Shown here: in pieces, positions 14,142 to 25,353 of the stretch
Position numbering within the stretch: position 1 is the stretch's first letter
Layout of the letters: every line of letters begins with the position of its first letter
Assembly (NCBI GenBank): GCA_973895155.1
Contig: OZ316892.1
Coordinates: forward strand, 7,237,251 to 7,301,250
DNA from: Marsupella aquatica
Taxonomy: Eukaryota; Plantae; Marchantiophyta
Direction of reading: 5' to 3'
DNA: 64,000 nucleotides
Program-made: the position numbers and the translations under genes
Notes under the pieces: model-generated
The model's database searches: none
What the model was told of the DNA's origin: nothing
What the model saw: only the letters and a program-made list of their open reading frames with translations

Positions 14142-15669
14142 TTTCCGAATATGAGTCGGTACGTAGTGATGAGGTCTGGATGCTGCTCATCGGATCAGCT
14201 TTCTTTTCAACATAACTTAGAGACCATCCACCTGACTGTCCCCTGCAGTGTGTTTTTGCTTTGTGAGGACATTTCCAGTTTTTAGCATATCACTTGACAA
14301 GAGCCATAATTTGTCGTCGAGTCATTTCGGTTCAGCATTTGGCTGCTATGGTCTTTTAACTACCTCCAACCAAGCTCCAAGAAAGGGAGCCACAGTCGCT
14401 TTAGTGTACGTTCAGCAATTGCTTCCGGCTGGCTCCCACCTTCCAAGAAAGGTAATGGCTTCTACTTTTTTGGCAGTCTGATATATACTTCTACTCTCTA
14501 GCTTCAGGTGCATTCCCAACATCTCCTCTCCCTCCTTCTGGCTCACTCTGTCTCTATCTCTGTCGATTGGAAGTACAGCAACTCAGTGACCTGCCTGTGG
14601 TGAGCCCCACGTACGGAGATATGGCTGTGATTTTCTTTTCAATGTCCACGGGAACTGTGGATCAACTCGAGCTCTCTCCACGGCCGGCCTACCGCTACCC
14701 TCCCCATCACTTGATCATGGCGACGAGAGGCACTCAACGAGAAGACCAACCAGCCTGGAGCCATGTACCGTTCCACTTTCGTTCCGTGAGTCTCTGAGAA
14801 CGGAACGGAACCCGAGGGCAGGTCAGGCGCCACCGGATCAATGTCTCTTCACTCAAATCGGGTGTCAGACCTTCAAGACAGTCTCTCCTGAAGCACACAT
14901 TCACGTCTCCAGCCAGCCCTCTCTTGGTTATCGGGCAGATGCAAAAAAACTCATCGAACAAATCGGCCCAGGGGAAGACCAACGCACAGATATACCACCT
15001 TCTCCTCCAGTCCCTCTTCTCTTCTCTTCTCTTCTCTTCAAACATGTGTATCAATCGGATATATCACGTCCCAATGGCCAATCCGTTTTCTCCCAAAGTT
15101 TGTTAACGAGAACACGGGAAAAGCGAAAAGCAAAAGCTCGCTCAAATCAAATCACTAATAGTGTGCATGCAGCACAGCACAACTAGCGAAAAAGGAAGGG
15201 CCCGTCGAGACAAGAATGGCTTCGCGTGATCTTCAAAGTTTTATTACCGGGACCAAAAGCGTAGAAATGGCTCACTAACGAACCCATGTCGGGACAAGCG
15301 ATCAATCAATTATCTCTCAGAGGAAAAGGAACCCATTATACAACAGAAACAGAAACAGCAGTAGCAGCAGAAGAAGTCATGAAGGCTCAAAATATGGCTC
15401 GCTCGCTCGGGGTCTCGGTACAAAAGCGCAATATAATAATAAAAAAATGAAAGATTTGCATTGCATGGGTCTTTAATCTGACCTGCTCCTGCAACGAATC
15501 GCCGCCGGCAGCCTCCGTCGTCGATCCTCCACACCTTCGTTTACAGTGCCTCGTCCATTTCTCCTCCCTCTACTGTACTGTAAAGCATTTTCTCCATCCT
15601 CGACCTCCTCCTCCGTTTCTTCCGTTCCCGTCGATGAAAACCTCTCTCTCTTTCTGTTTTCTCCGACCC

Positions 15670-16017
15670 ATGCATCATCTCTCTAGACCGCCGAATCAGA
15701 ACGCCTCGCGAGGTCGAGCCATACATCTTCTCTCTAGGATTTTTGCGTCCGAGGGTCCTCCCCTGCTCTGGGACCGGGCCGGCGCTTTCTCTTTCTGTCA
15801 TCTCTCTCTAAACAGCGCTCGACATGCATCATCTCTCTCTAAACAGCGCTCGACATGCATCATCTCTCTAGAGGGGGCGAATGGGAGCGCCTCGCGAGGT
15901 CGACACATGCATCTTCTCTCTAGAATTTGTGCCCGAGGGTCCGTGGAGCGAATGCTTGTTCTTCGGGAGCAGCGGACCGGACCGGCGGGCTTTCTCTCTC
16001 TGTCATCTCTCTCTAAA
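15670..16017. repeat. Duplicated ~140-165 bp GC/CT-rich module with many CATCTCTCT motifs and a CCTCGCGAGG palindrome
   Basis: Module copies at ~15670-15812 and ~15854-16017; AAACAGCGCTCGACATGCATCATCTCTCT is duplicated between them. Confidence 0.85.
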
Positions 16018-16672
16018 GCTCTCTCGCCACCGTCGACGGAGAGACCGTCGCCGGTGCTCTCTCGCGGACTGAGTCCAACCCAAAGGAGCAACGGTGGCTG
16101 TAACTGAGAAGGGGCGCTCTTACTACTACTGTAGAGGAGCAGCGAGAGTCTAGGGCGCCCGGGCTCTTCAGTCACTCTGAGTGAGACGGCCACGTGGACT
16201 CTGGGAGCTAGGGTGAGGTGAGGAGAGGGAAAGTACAGGATATTAAGGGAGGTCTGGACTAGGGTTAAGTCTAGGGTGATGATGGTTTGGGGTTACTAGT
16301 GTGTAACCCTGTGACCAGAAAATAAGGAAATGCAAATAAGGAAATGCTGACGGGCTGCAGCTGGGAAAAAATTTTCAGTTTTCTGTGACCAGGTTTCAGA
16401 CTAAAACCCCAGCACAAAGAGTCATTATCATAATTATTTAAAACTTGCCCACAAAAAAGATTATTTACTGGGTAAGACTTTTGGGGGCATAGGGCTATGG
16501 AAATGATAGCATTTAGCAGAAAAGGTTAGTTACACACCAGTAACCTTTCTTCCTAACAGGAATTAGGGTGGGGGAAGTATAGGATAATGCAAGTATGGAC
16601 TGGGGGTTATTAGCCAGGAAACTGTGACCAGAAACTGAAAAAAACTGGACTAGCGGCAGGGCAGTTGGGAAG

Positions 16673-16768
16673 GTTTTTTGAGCTTTCTTGGAGTACTTGC
16701 CCAGACTAGAACCCTTGTTTTTTTTTAGCTTTCTTGGAGTACTTGCCCAGACTAGAACCCTTGCCCAG
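16673..16768. repeat. Tandem duplication of a ~45 bp unit
   Basis: AGCTTTCTTGGAGTACTTGCCCAGACTAGAACCCTTG seen twice. Confidence 0.9.
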
Positions 16769-19700
16769 ATGTGAGTTATGGTATGTAATTTTTGTCAGGA
16801 AAAAGGTTATTTTCAAGCAACAGAGAGAGGGGGAGTCATGGAACCAGAGTTTTTGTTTGTATTTTGGGCACGTGCCACTTATGATCTACTAAAAAGCTTC
16901 TAAGCAGCAAAATGTTTGTATAGTCATATTATGGGCGTTAGATCTATGTGCGGTCAGATCTGAATCATTCCTTTTCACAAATAATCACTAAAAGTATATA
17001 AAAACCTCATTGTAAGAGCAGCAAGAGTTGAGGACAGGGGTTAGTCACTGAGAGTAGACTGCCCTTGGACTCCCTGAAGTGGGGTAAGGTCAGGATGGGG
17101 ACCATGTTATGGAACAGGGTTTTCATTTGGAATTTCGGCAGGTGGCACCAATGACGAGCTGAGGCAAGAAATTTGTCAGTTTGCATGTCGTGGGATATTT
17201 GACAGGATTTTGGTGTCTTTTCATAACTAGTTTTGTGCCTGCCCTGTGACTTGCCAAGAAACAGGCGCATGCACCATGATGATGGGACTGATGGCGAATA
17301 CATAGGGCCAAGCCAGCCAAACCCATTTTCCCAGTCGCCTCCAGATGTTTGTGGATCTGGGGCACCAGTGGATAGTCACCTGTAATCCTGGCCACTATTG
17401 CCTGGAAATGAACGTTACGGCCCAAAAAGACACACCCCTTTGAAAGGCCCTATAGGGCACTTCTGACTTCTTTTTCACTGGGAGAACTGGGAGGGCCAAT
17501 TCTTTTTGGTAAAGACTTTAGTGACTTTTCTCTTGTATATTTGAGTGCATTAATTTTCCATAATGCACCCCTTTTTTTGAGGAGGGGATTATACAAAACA
17601 CCATAAATATAATAAAAGTAAAAATTAAATATAGTTTTACCATACAAAAAACCCAGCTACACAACTACACTAGCCCCCCTACTTTGAGAATTAGAGAGAT
17701 GGTCTTCGTCCCATCATGAGTAACTTCGCTTGACTTTGTTACATGTATTTTAATTGAGGCTTAGCTAGGCAACTGCCCCACGTTCTAAAGTCCGATACTT
17801 CTGCATTCAATTTCATCAGTTTATTTCATTACTCATTATTTGGCGTTGGAAATGAAAAAGACGTGGAAAAAGGGTCTGGCTTCGTTTCTCACACCAACTC
17901 ACCACCACCACCACCACCACCACCATCATCATGGGTGTCTCCCTCCTTTCTGTATCTTTGCAATTTGCTTTCATTGGTACTTTGCTTTGGTTGCTTTCGT
18001 ACTTTACTTTGTAGCTTACCATGGTGTCATGATTACCTCGGAATGTTTGGGAGGACATGTTAGTACATAATTCAAGCCTGTCATTGGAGGAAAGTCTAAA
18101 TGGCACAAGAGCCTTGTGACGCGGTCTGCAAAAGGTGACAGACCATTGTAGGTATGATGGAAATGAACCCATCAGCAACAGCGATGGAGGCTACATTTTG
18201 GAGATTTTTTGTACCATACGTAAATCATCATGAGGTTGCATGCATATGTGATTTGTTCCTATCATGTTTATCCCATGCTTCTGTTTTTTTTTATAAGGAA
18301 AGGGAGTTGTGCACACGTTGAGTTTGAACACACTTGTAGCACAACCAAAGGGTCCAAAGAACTTAAATCCGAGAGGCCAAAAAAAGGGTACAAGTTCACT
18401 GGTTGAATTCAAAGACACCCTAGCAAAACCGAGAGCAAAACCCACCAGGAACACAAACCTGATAGGCCAAGGGAAGGGTCCAGGTCCATCACTTGAATTT
18501 GAATACACCCTTAGCAAAACACAACAGGAACACAAACCCCAGAGGCAAAATGGAGAATCCAGGGGGCGTCATGGCATGCCAGACAACCAAAAGAAACCCT
18601 GAGAGACCAAAGGTAGCCTTTTGAGCCAGGTATGAAACATAGCAGCCACTCCAAGATAAGCATTGGGTGAATCCAGAAGCATCGTTGCTACCAGTGGGGG
18701 CACAATGCTCCCAGCTCATACTACTATCATAGCATAGCCATTTTCAAAGGAGCCTTTTGCCAGAAGAAATTCATGGGGGTTGAGTAGGGGATTCACATGA
18801 AGTGTTCCTTTGAGTCAATCATTGTTTTGTTTTTGTTTTTGTCGTAGTACGTCATTGTTGTTTTTGATAGCTCACTTGCCTTTGCGCACTTGTGCACTGT
18901 GGCTTTTTCCTGGAATGTGGTACCTAGTTTAATACAAAGCTCTATGATTTTTCCATTTCCAAAACCACATGGGAATTACCATGAAGAAGGTTCACAGAAC
19001 TCACTCCCTTGGTTTAAAGCAAGAGTTTTTCCCCGAATGATTAGTTTTTGCCAGTCAGATTTTGCCCTCAAGTTCATGTAAGGGGGCTTTACAAAATGGT
19101 GGAGGCCGTGTAGTGTATCTCCCTCCAAAGCAAAGTGGAGGGCCAGTCTACACACGAAATTTAAATTGCCTGACCTGAATGTGTCAGATCTGGAGATAAT
19201 AAAGTCAAAGACCCTCAATAGAAATTCCTTCTAGGTCCATCTTTGGGACGGTCTGAAGAGGAAGTCTGAATTTTGACTAAAAATCATGCAAACATTAGCA
19301 GACCAGGAGCCCTAATGGGTTTTCCTGATGACCCCAAGCTCATGTAAAGTGGAGTGGACTGTTTCCACATTTTGATGGCTACCATAGGATTGCATCTCAC
19401 ACATAGTTTAAAAAAAAAACTGCTGCTGCCTACAATCTTTCCCCAAACACAACACCATTGCTCTGTGTTCAAAAATAAAAAACTTTTGGTGTTCATAAAG
19501 AAAAGTACTCTCAACTCGAACACAATGTCACTCTAAAACAACACTCCGGCATTGTGTTGAAAAAAGTTGTGTTCAAGTTGAACCCCAAACTATTTGACAT
19601 ATATTCAGCACATATATACTTGGTGGGTTCGTAACATCTAGCTGGTTAGTATTAGACATATTTCAAAATTCCCCTCTGACTTTTATTCACCTTCATTGGG

Positions 19701-22700
19701 TTGTTTTCAGGTTTGCATTTTCTGCCCTTGGGCACTGTGATATATAAATTTCCAAAAACAAAAGGCGCCTAACCTGGAGACATGGTACCTCATAGACATG
19801 GTGCCTCAGGCAAAAGACCCGATCAAGGGGGAACAGAGCTCCCTCAGGCAAAAGACAACCAAAAAAAGGCAGGAAGCAAAGAAAGGATTACTATTTCGGA
19901 AATAGAAAAGAAAGAGACCTGACTCCCACGTCTTTTAAACCCCCCTTATTATTACAGCACTGTGGCTACTTCTACTGTATCACCTGATCGATCTCAGGTG
20001 ACTAGGGTGTACAGCTTGCGCAGGCCATCGCCAGAGAAAAGGATATGCATGTGGGCAGCAACTCATCCGCATTAATCATCTCCTGTACAGGTTGATTCCG
20101 AGTCGATCGACGTGTGAGTCCTGGATGCTCGATCAATTTAACAAATCAAGCATTGAATTCGAAGTCCACTCGAGCCACAGCACCGGCCTGATTGCCTGAA
20201 CCTCTCGCATGGCACGTCGTCTCGACTGATGAATGTCTGAGCGTCTGTCTGAAGAAAGAATCGTCGAGAATGCTTCACCAGCACCGAATCAGTACCCAAG
20301 CTGCGCCACTCGCCTCCTCTGACATCGAACCACTCATTTTCTGGACCGGCTTAGCTCCATCACGTAGTCGTCTGTGGGGTGGCTGACCGAGCTATTATCC
20401 TCCTTTCGTCGACCTTCTAGCAAAAGGATAGCTGAGTCTAATCACGTACCATTACGACGATCTCTATCTCGAATCCCGGGCCATCAGTCATTTGGTAAGG
20501 TACCAGCCTTCTCACTCACTCACTGCTTCTTCCAGATGTATCTGTCTGGCTGACGAGAAGCATCTCAAGCAACAATTCAACAACGGAGTGGGAATTGGAA
20601 TTGCCTAGAAAATTTGGCACGTCCGTCCTTCCATTTCGGGGAGGGTAATGATTTTTACGCAAGTTCGTACCCTTGCCTTTCTGGCTTAATCTCTCACATG
20701 GACGCCAATGTTGACAATGCGTCGAAGCCGGTGATCAGACTTGATCGCATACAAGTCCAGTTCAATCAATTATGCTACCCAGAATTTTACTTTAAAAAAC
20801 GAACTGAAACGAACAAAGCACCGAAATCAAGAATTACTGGCCCGCCCGAAATCATACCGGTATCGGATTTGCCAGAGAAGGAATATTTACCACTCGGTTG
20901 GAGAATTCTGACTTTCATTGGCACGACTTGAAGGGATCGAGGGCTCACGTGATCACAGGTTTAGTGGTTGGCTGGTGGCCTGGTGCCGCCATAGACGACT
21001 GAGAAAATTGTTGTTGATTTGCTTGCTTAAATGTTTTTCACTCACCACACTCCCTGGTATGTACAAGAAATGTGGCTACTTTACAGCATTTCGTCTTCAC
21101 TTGCCAGTCAGTGAGAACCAGTACTAATACTCCACGAGTTGGTACGGTGCCGGTCTCACTGGTCTGTGTAGCTCTTCCCAGTTCCCACCACTTTGATCAA
21201 TCCAACCAACGGTGACAAGATAGTACCTGAAGGGTCATACAGGAAAAGAAGAGTAAATGAGTCGTATGATACAGTATGATCATTATGTACAATTATGATG
21301 GGGATCAGTTTATGGAGTCGTGCCTGATAGAGTGATAGGTTATCGGAATGTACTTACGACCGTGGAATCGACGCACAAGCTCTCAATACAAGACTAGACG
21401 AGTCATCAGGCTATCCACTATTCCACTACTAGAGCAATGGGATCAGAAACACGCTGTCGAGGTTTCAACCGTAGATCACGGTGTGTCTGTCGGGTGAAGA
21501 CTTTCGCAGGCCTATTGGGACATTCCTTCGTAAATGAATGGAATGAGGAAGACGTACGCACTCGAGACTGTCCTTCACATCTTGTAAAAAATGTACCACG
21601 AGGGTCCCGCAATCAATGGGCATTCGAAGGTACACGAGCAGTGTACCGCAGTGCCCCCAGTCTCCCACCACAGAGGAATCAGTGAATCACATACCTTTAT
21701 TAAAAGTGGACCCGATTCGAAGCTCAGCATCATTCTATCAAATCACAAGGTCAGGGATTCGGTGTCCGAACCACCAGCTTGCGGGGCGGACGGATGCCAC
21801 ATGGAGATAGAGGTCGTTAATACGGAACCACTGAAATACAATTGCATATAATGCTGAGACGGCTGATTAATTTGGAGTCCAGGACAATTGTCTGGTGATC
21901 GATGTTCGAGATGGCTTCGAGCAATATATTAGTGGAGATTATTAAGGTAGTAGAATCAACCTTGGGATTCGGCTTCCGGCGGACGGGAGGAATGGCTGGT
22001 GATTACGGTACCTGACAAAGTAATCTCATTGAAGCTTGCGTAGCTTCAACAGTGCGAGGAAATCAGAGCCCGGATCTCCTGATTCTCTCCGAAAGTACAA
22101 GATTTGAAGCAATTTAATATATGAGAGATATATATATGGGAACAGCGAGATGCACAGGAATCCATTCTTTACTACCTTTAGAGGTACTTGCAGCCGTAGA
22201 GAGAGATATGGAAGGGATATTTTGAGTAAGGACCTTTTTGAGAGTTCACTGCTTAGCCAGGAGAACTTTATGACAGTCTCGAACTGCTACCCGCTACCGT
22301 ATCGCAACAGAATGGAAACCAGCACGGCCAGCCAAAACCCCACTATGCTGAACTGAAGGAGGAGCGAAAGCGGGAGGAGGTGACGGTGGATAGTGGAGGG
22401 ACGATTGAAGCCCCTCGTTATGAAGGTACTGGAAAAGCCCGGGCCGGTGCCCCAGCGGCTCCAGGAAAGTGAGGTGCAGGAGGGGCTTCGGCAGCTTGGA
22501 AGCGATTCTTGTGGCAGCGGTCGACGGCAAAGAGTCCCGCGGCCTGCTGCAGTGGAGCAAGCACCAGCTGTACTTCGTTTTCGCAGTGGTGGATCGATGC
22601 TGTTCTGTGCGCCTCATGCCATTTGGTCGCAGGTTTGCCCAACCTTTCCCACCCTTCTCTATGATGGTTGAATGCTTTGATTGATTCGTTCGATGAATTC

Positions 22701-23659
22701 GAACTTCCAGTCCCGACTTCCTGGGCGCGCCGGTAGTAAGAGGCAGGTCATCTGTTAGGCACCGGGTAGTAGTGAATTGCCATTAGAGCATTTGCAGGAA
22801 TGGAATGCAGCCCTTCGTGTATTTTGAGTCATTGATATATCGTCCCAGGAACGTGGACCTGTTCAGTTCATGATGCTAGTTTTTGTCTGTCTGATAGATG
22901 GCGGTGAGAAAGAGCTCGTTGAACAGATCTATGGACTCACCTTGAATTGGAATTGTGCTTACAAGCGCTTGCAAGTAGTAAGCGTTCCAAACTCGGGCAA
23001 CAAACTCGGGCAAGGAACCGCCGGCACTTTTGGACGAAGAGGTTGGACACTGCACTTTGACCGTATTCGTAGACCTAGCTATCTGGCAGACATGCGACAC
23101 TTAGGCACTAATATTGAGGGTGACGTCCAAGAAGAATGAACCGTGATTCCGTTACTGACAGCCATCGGCTGCCCTAAAAACGAAATCTGATCAAACTATT
23201 CACGTAGCCATTAGTCTTTCCCCTTGCAAACGAGGAACTATCAGGAACGGCCCATCCTGTGTCGAAGTAGCACCATCGCTGGCAGTCAGTGTTACGCAGC
23301 TAGTTTCTTTTGATGACTTCACCCGATCAGACAGCAGCAAACGAATTCTAGTGGAATTGTGTTACTTCCCGTCTTAAGTCTTAAGAAGACTGCACGGCTG
23401 GTTGAAATTTCCTAATATGCTAAACTTCGCTTCTGCTTCATCGAGGGAAGGTGAACTGCGTTCAATCTATTGTCATCTCATTTTGGGATACGCGGTAGCT
23501 TATCAGGTTTTGTATACAAGTCTAGCACAATATTTGATAAATTAGGTCTTAACCAGAAAGTACGCTAACAATTCAATTCTCGAAATTGAGAATGGAATTT
23601 CTTCTGCCAGGCTTGTTCCAAAACCTTTTTGTTAACCAGGCGCCAAATTTGCAAGAACA

Positions 23660-25353
23660 AAGGAGCCACCAGACACATTTAGCCAGGAGAGCTTCAATGG
23701 TGATGCAAAGCTTAAAGAACTCTGCACTCGAACCAAAAACCGGAGATAAGCTTTGCGGGCTTTCGTAATCCCTTGTTATTGAAGAATCCCCTTTGAGACA
23801 TGTACATGCAAGATCAGCTCCAACTCGTCCTGGACCAGAGGACCACGATAGAAGTGACTCTAGCATATATTCCTAGGACAATTTCAGCGTAGCTTTCCAG
23901 TCCAGTGTGGAAGTTCAGCACCATTAGCCACAGATTCTTGCAGATTAATAGTTTCAAAACAAGCTAGTTAACCTTCTATCTATAGTTTCTCTACGTTGAT
24001 GATCAGAGTCACTGGAAGAACTTCTGTTCATCTTCCATTCAATCCGCCGTTCCCATAGACTAGCACTACCTTTCAACTCTACCATGCCGCAGAATTTCCT
24101 ACCTAAGTCTTAATACTTCATCCAATCTTCCACGTCTCAAGAAAAATTCAAGATGTCCCTTTGCTAACTTCTTACTAGAGATCCCAGATTCCAATGCCCT
24201 CGCATACAGCTCCCAAAGGAGAAACATCGTGCCGGTCATAACTTATCTTATCTTCATGCTGATCCGGACCTGATGCGGCGTCAGCTAAAGTTTTCAGCAC
24301 CTAAAATATCTGTTAAATAATTGGCATAAAGTTCATACATCCGAGCGGAAGGAACCACGTCCAGGGCATCTTCAAAAACCTCAGTTGCCCTTGTCTCGCT
24401 CTCAACATGCCGCCTGGCCAACCCTAAACCCTAAACCCCAGCTCCTTTGGTCTGCTGGGAAATCAATTTCTATACTCGCTTGAATTTGCAACTCGAGGTT
24501 TTTACTGTGAAAAGCAACACCATCAAGAGCCTCCAAGAACCGCTGCCGAAAACCGAAACTCGAGGGAATTGCCGCTATGGCAGTTCTGCACACAGATTGT
24601 GCCAATTTGTAGCTAAGCTTATCATCAAGTGAAACTTTGCCGTCGTTGTCTAAGTTATTTACCGCCCCAGCAGCCTGTTCTTCGTTACGGGTTCATTGTG
24701 CGAACCCTCCTCCGCGGGTGCTTGCTTCCCTAAGATGGTTCGAGGCCCAGGGCAAATCGACGGGATTTGAGCTTCTGGATGTACGTAAGCTCCATCCGAA
24801 AATACTCTAGCCAAAGATTCTCTGCGTGGGAGCAAATACGGAGCATGATTCGTGCCCTTGCTGCCTTCACATAAAGCCTATGTTCGAATTCCGATGCCGC
24901 TGCGTACATCCACAACCCTGGAACTTCTGGATGGAGCTGCAAGCATTTCGTTGTCGCTTCTGCATTTTCCTGGGGGCCTGATCCTTGCCATACTCGAGAT
25001 ACTGCATCCAGATATTCAAATCTCCTTTGTATCTCGTCCGAGCCCGCTCGAATTTTGCATGATACGCATGCTGTTAGCTTTCTCGCACAGAGTGCTTCCA
25101 ATTTTCCCCTGTGCCCTTCAGATCCCTGAGAAGAGCCTTCTTCCACAATCTCCTCAATGCCTCCAGCTTCTTCTCAAACTCTATGTACTGAAAAATAAAT
25201 CCGCTTATCGGCGGAATGCCGCTTCAACAAGTACTCGAAATCACTCTTCTTCACTATCGCCTTAATCTCCTTCCTCGTGAACAAACCTCGCTTCTCCGAG
25301 TCGTCCAGCTCTGGCACCATACGCTCCAAGTGGTACTGCACCATGTCCGCCAT
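23660..25353 (-). pseudogene. UTP6: Intronless, frameshifted UTP6 (U3 snoRNA-associated protein 6, HAT repeats) pseudogene, probable retrocopy
   Basis: ATG at 25353 starts MADMVQYHLERMVPELDD..KRGLFTRKEIKAIVK..DFEYLLKR. Later segments read LQLHPEVPGLWMYAAASEFE, ENLWLEYFRMELTYIQKLKSRR and EVFEDALDVVPSARMYELYA. These lie in different frames with stops and no introns. A telo-box (AACCCTAA) sits just upstream at ~25383. Confidence 0.85.

Larger units (their letters stand above)
12300..16250 (-). ncRNA. Candidate 5' part of an antisense lncRNA convergent on FGMYB (SUF-like); boundaries approximate
   Basis: No credible ORF over 4 kb. A GC-rich, promoter-like block lies at 15.5-16.3 kb, with a minus-strand CT-rich start region (~16200-16235) and a telo-box-like AACCCTAG (~16260). 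Inferred from the known Marchantia FGMYB/SUF layout, not demonstrable from sequence alone. Confidence 0.4.

Noticed and set aside
15541-16193. ORFs of 86-157 aa in the GC-rich block
   Set aside because: Low-complexity translations of the repeated modules.
16900-19600. Possible decayed transposon or coding remnants, including the poly-His/Pro ORFs at 17840-18070
   Set aside because: No diagnostic motif recognised; poly-His/Pro comes from a (CAC)n microsatellite.
22290-22684. GC-rich coding-like patch with several overlapping ORFs
   Set aside because: No frame gives a recognisable or continuous protein.
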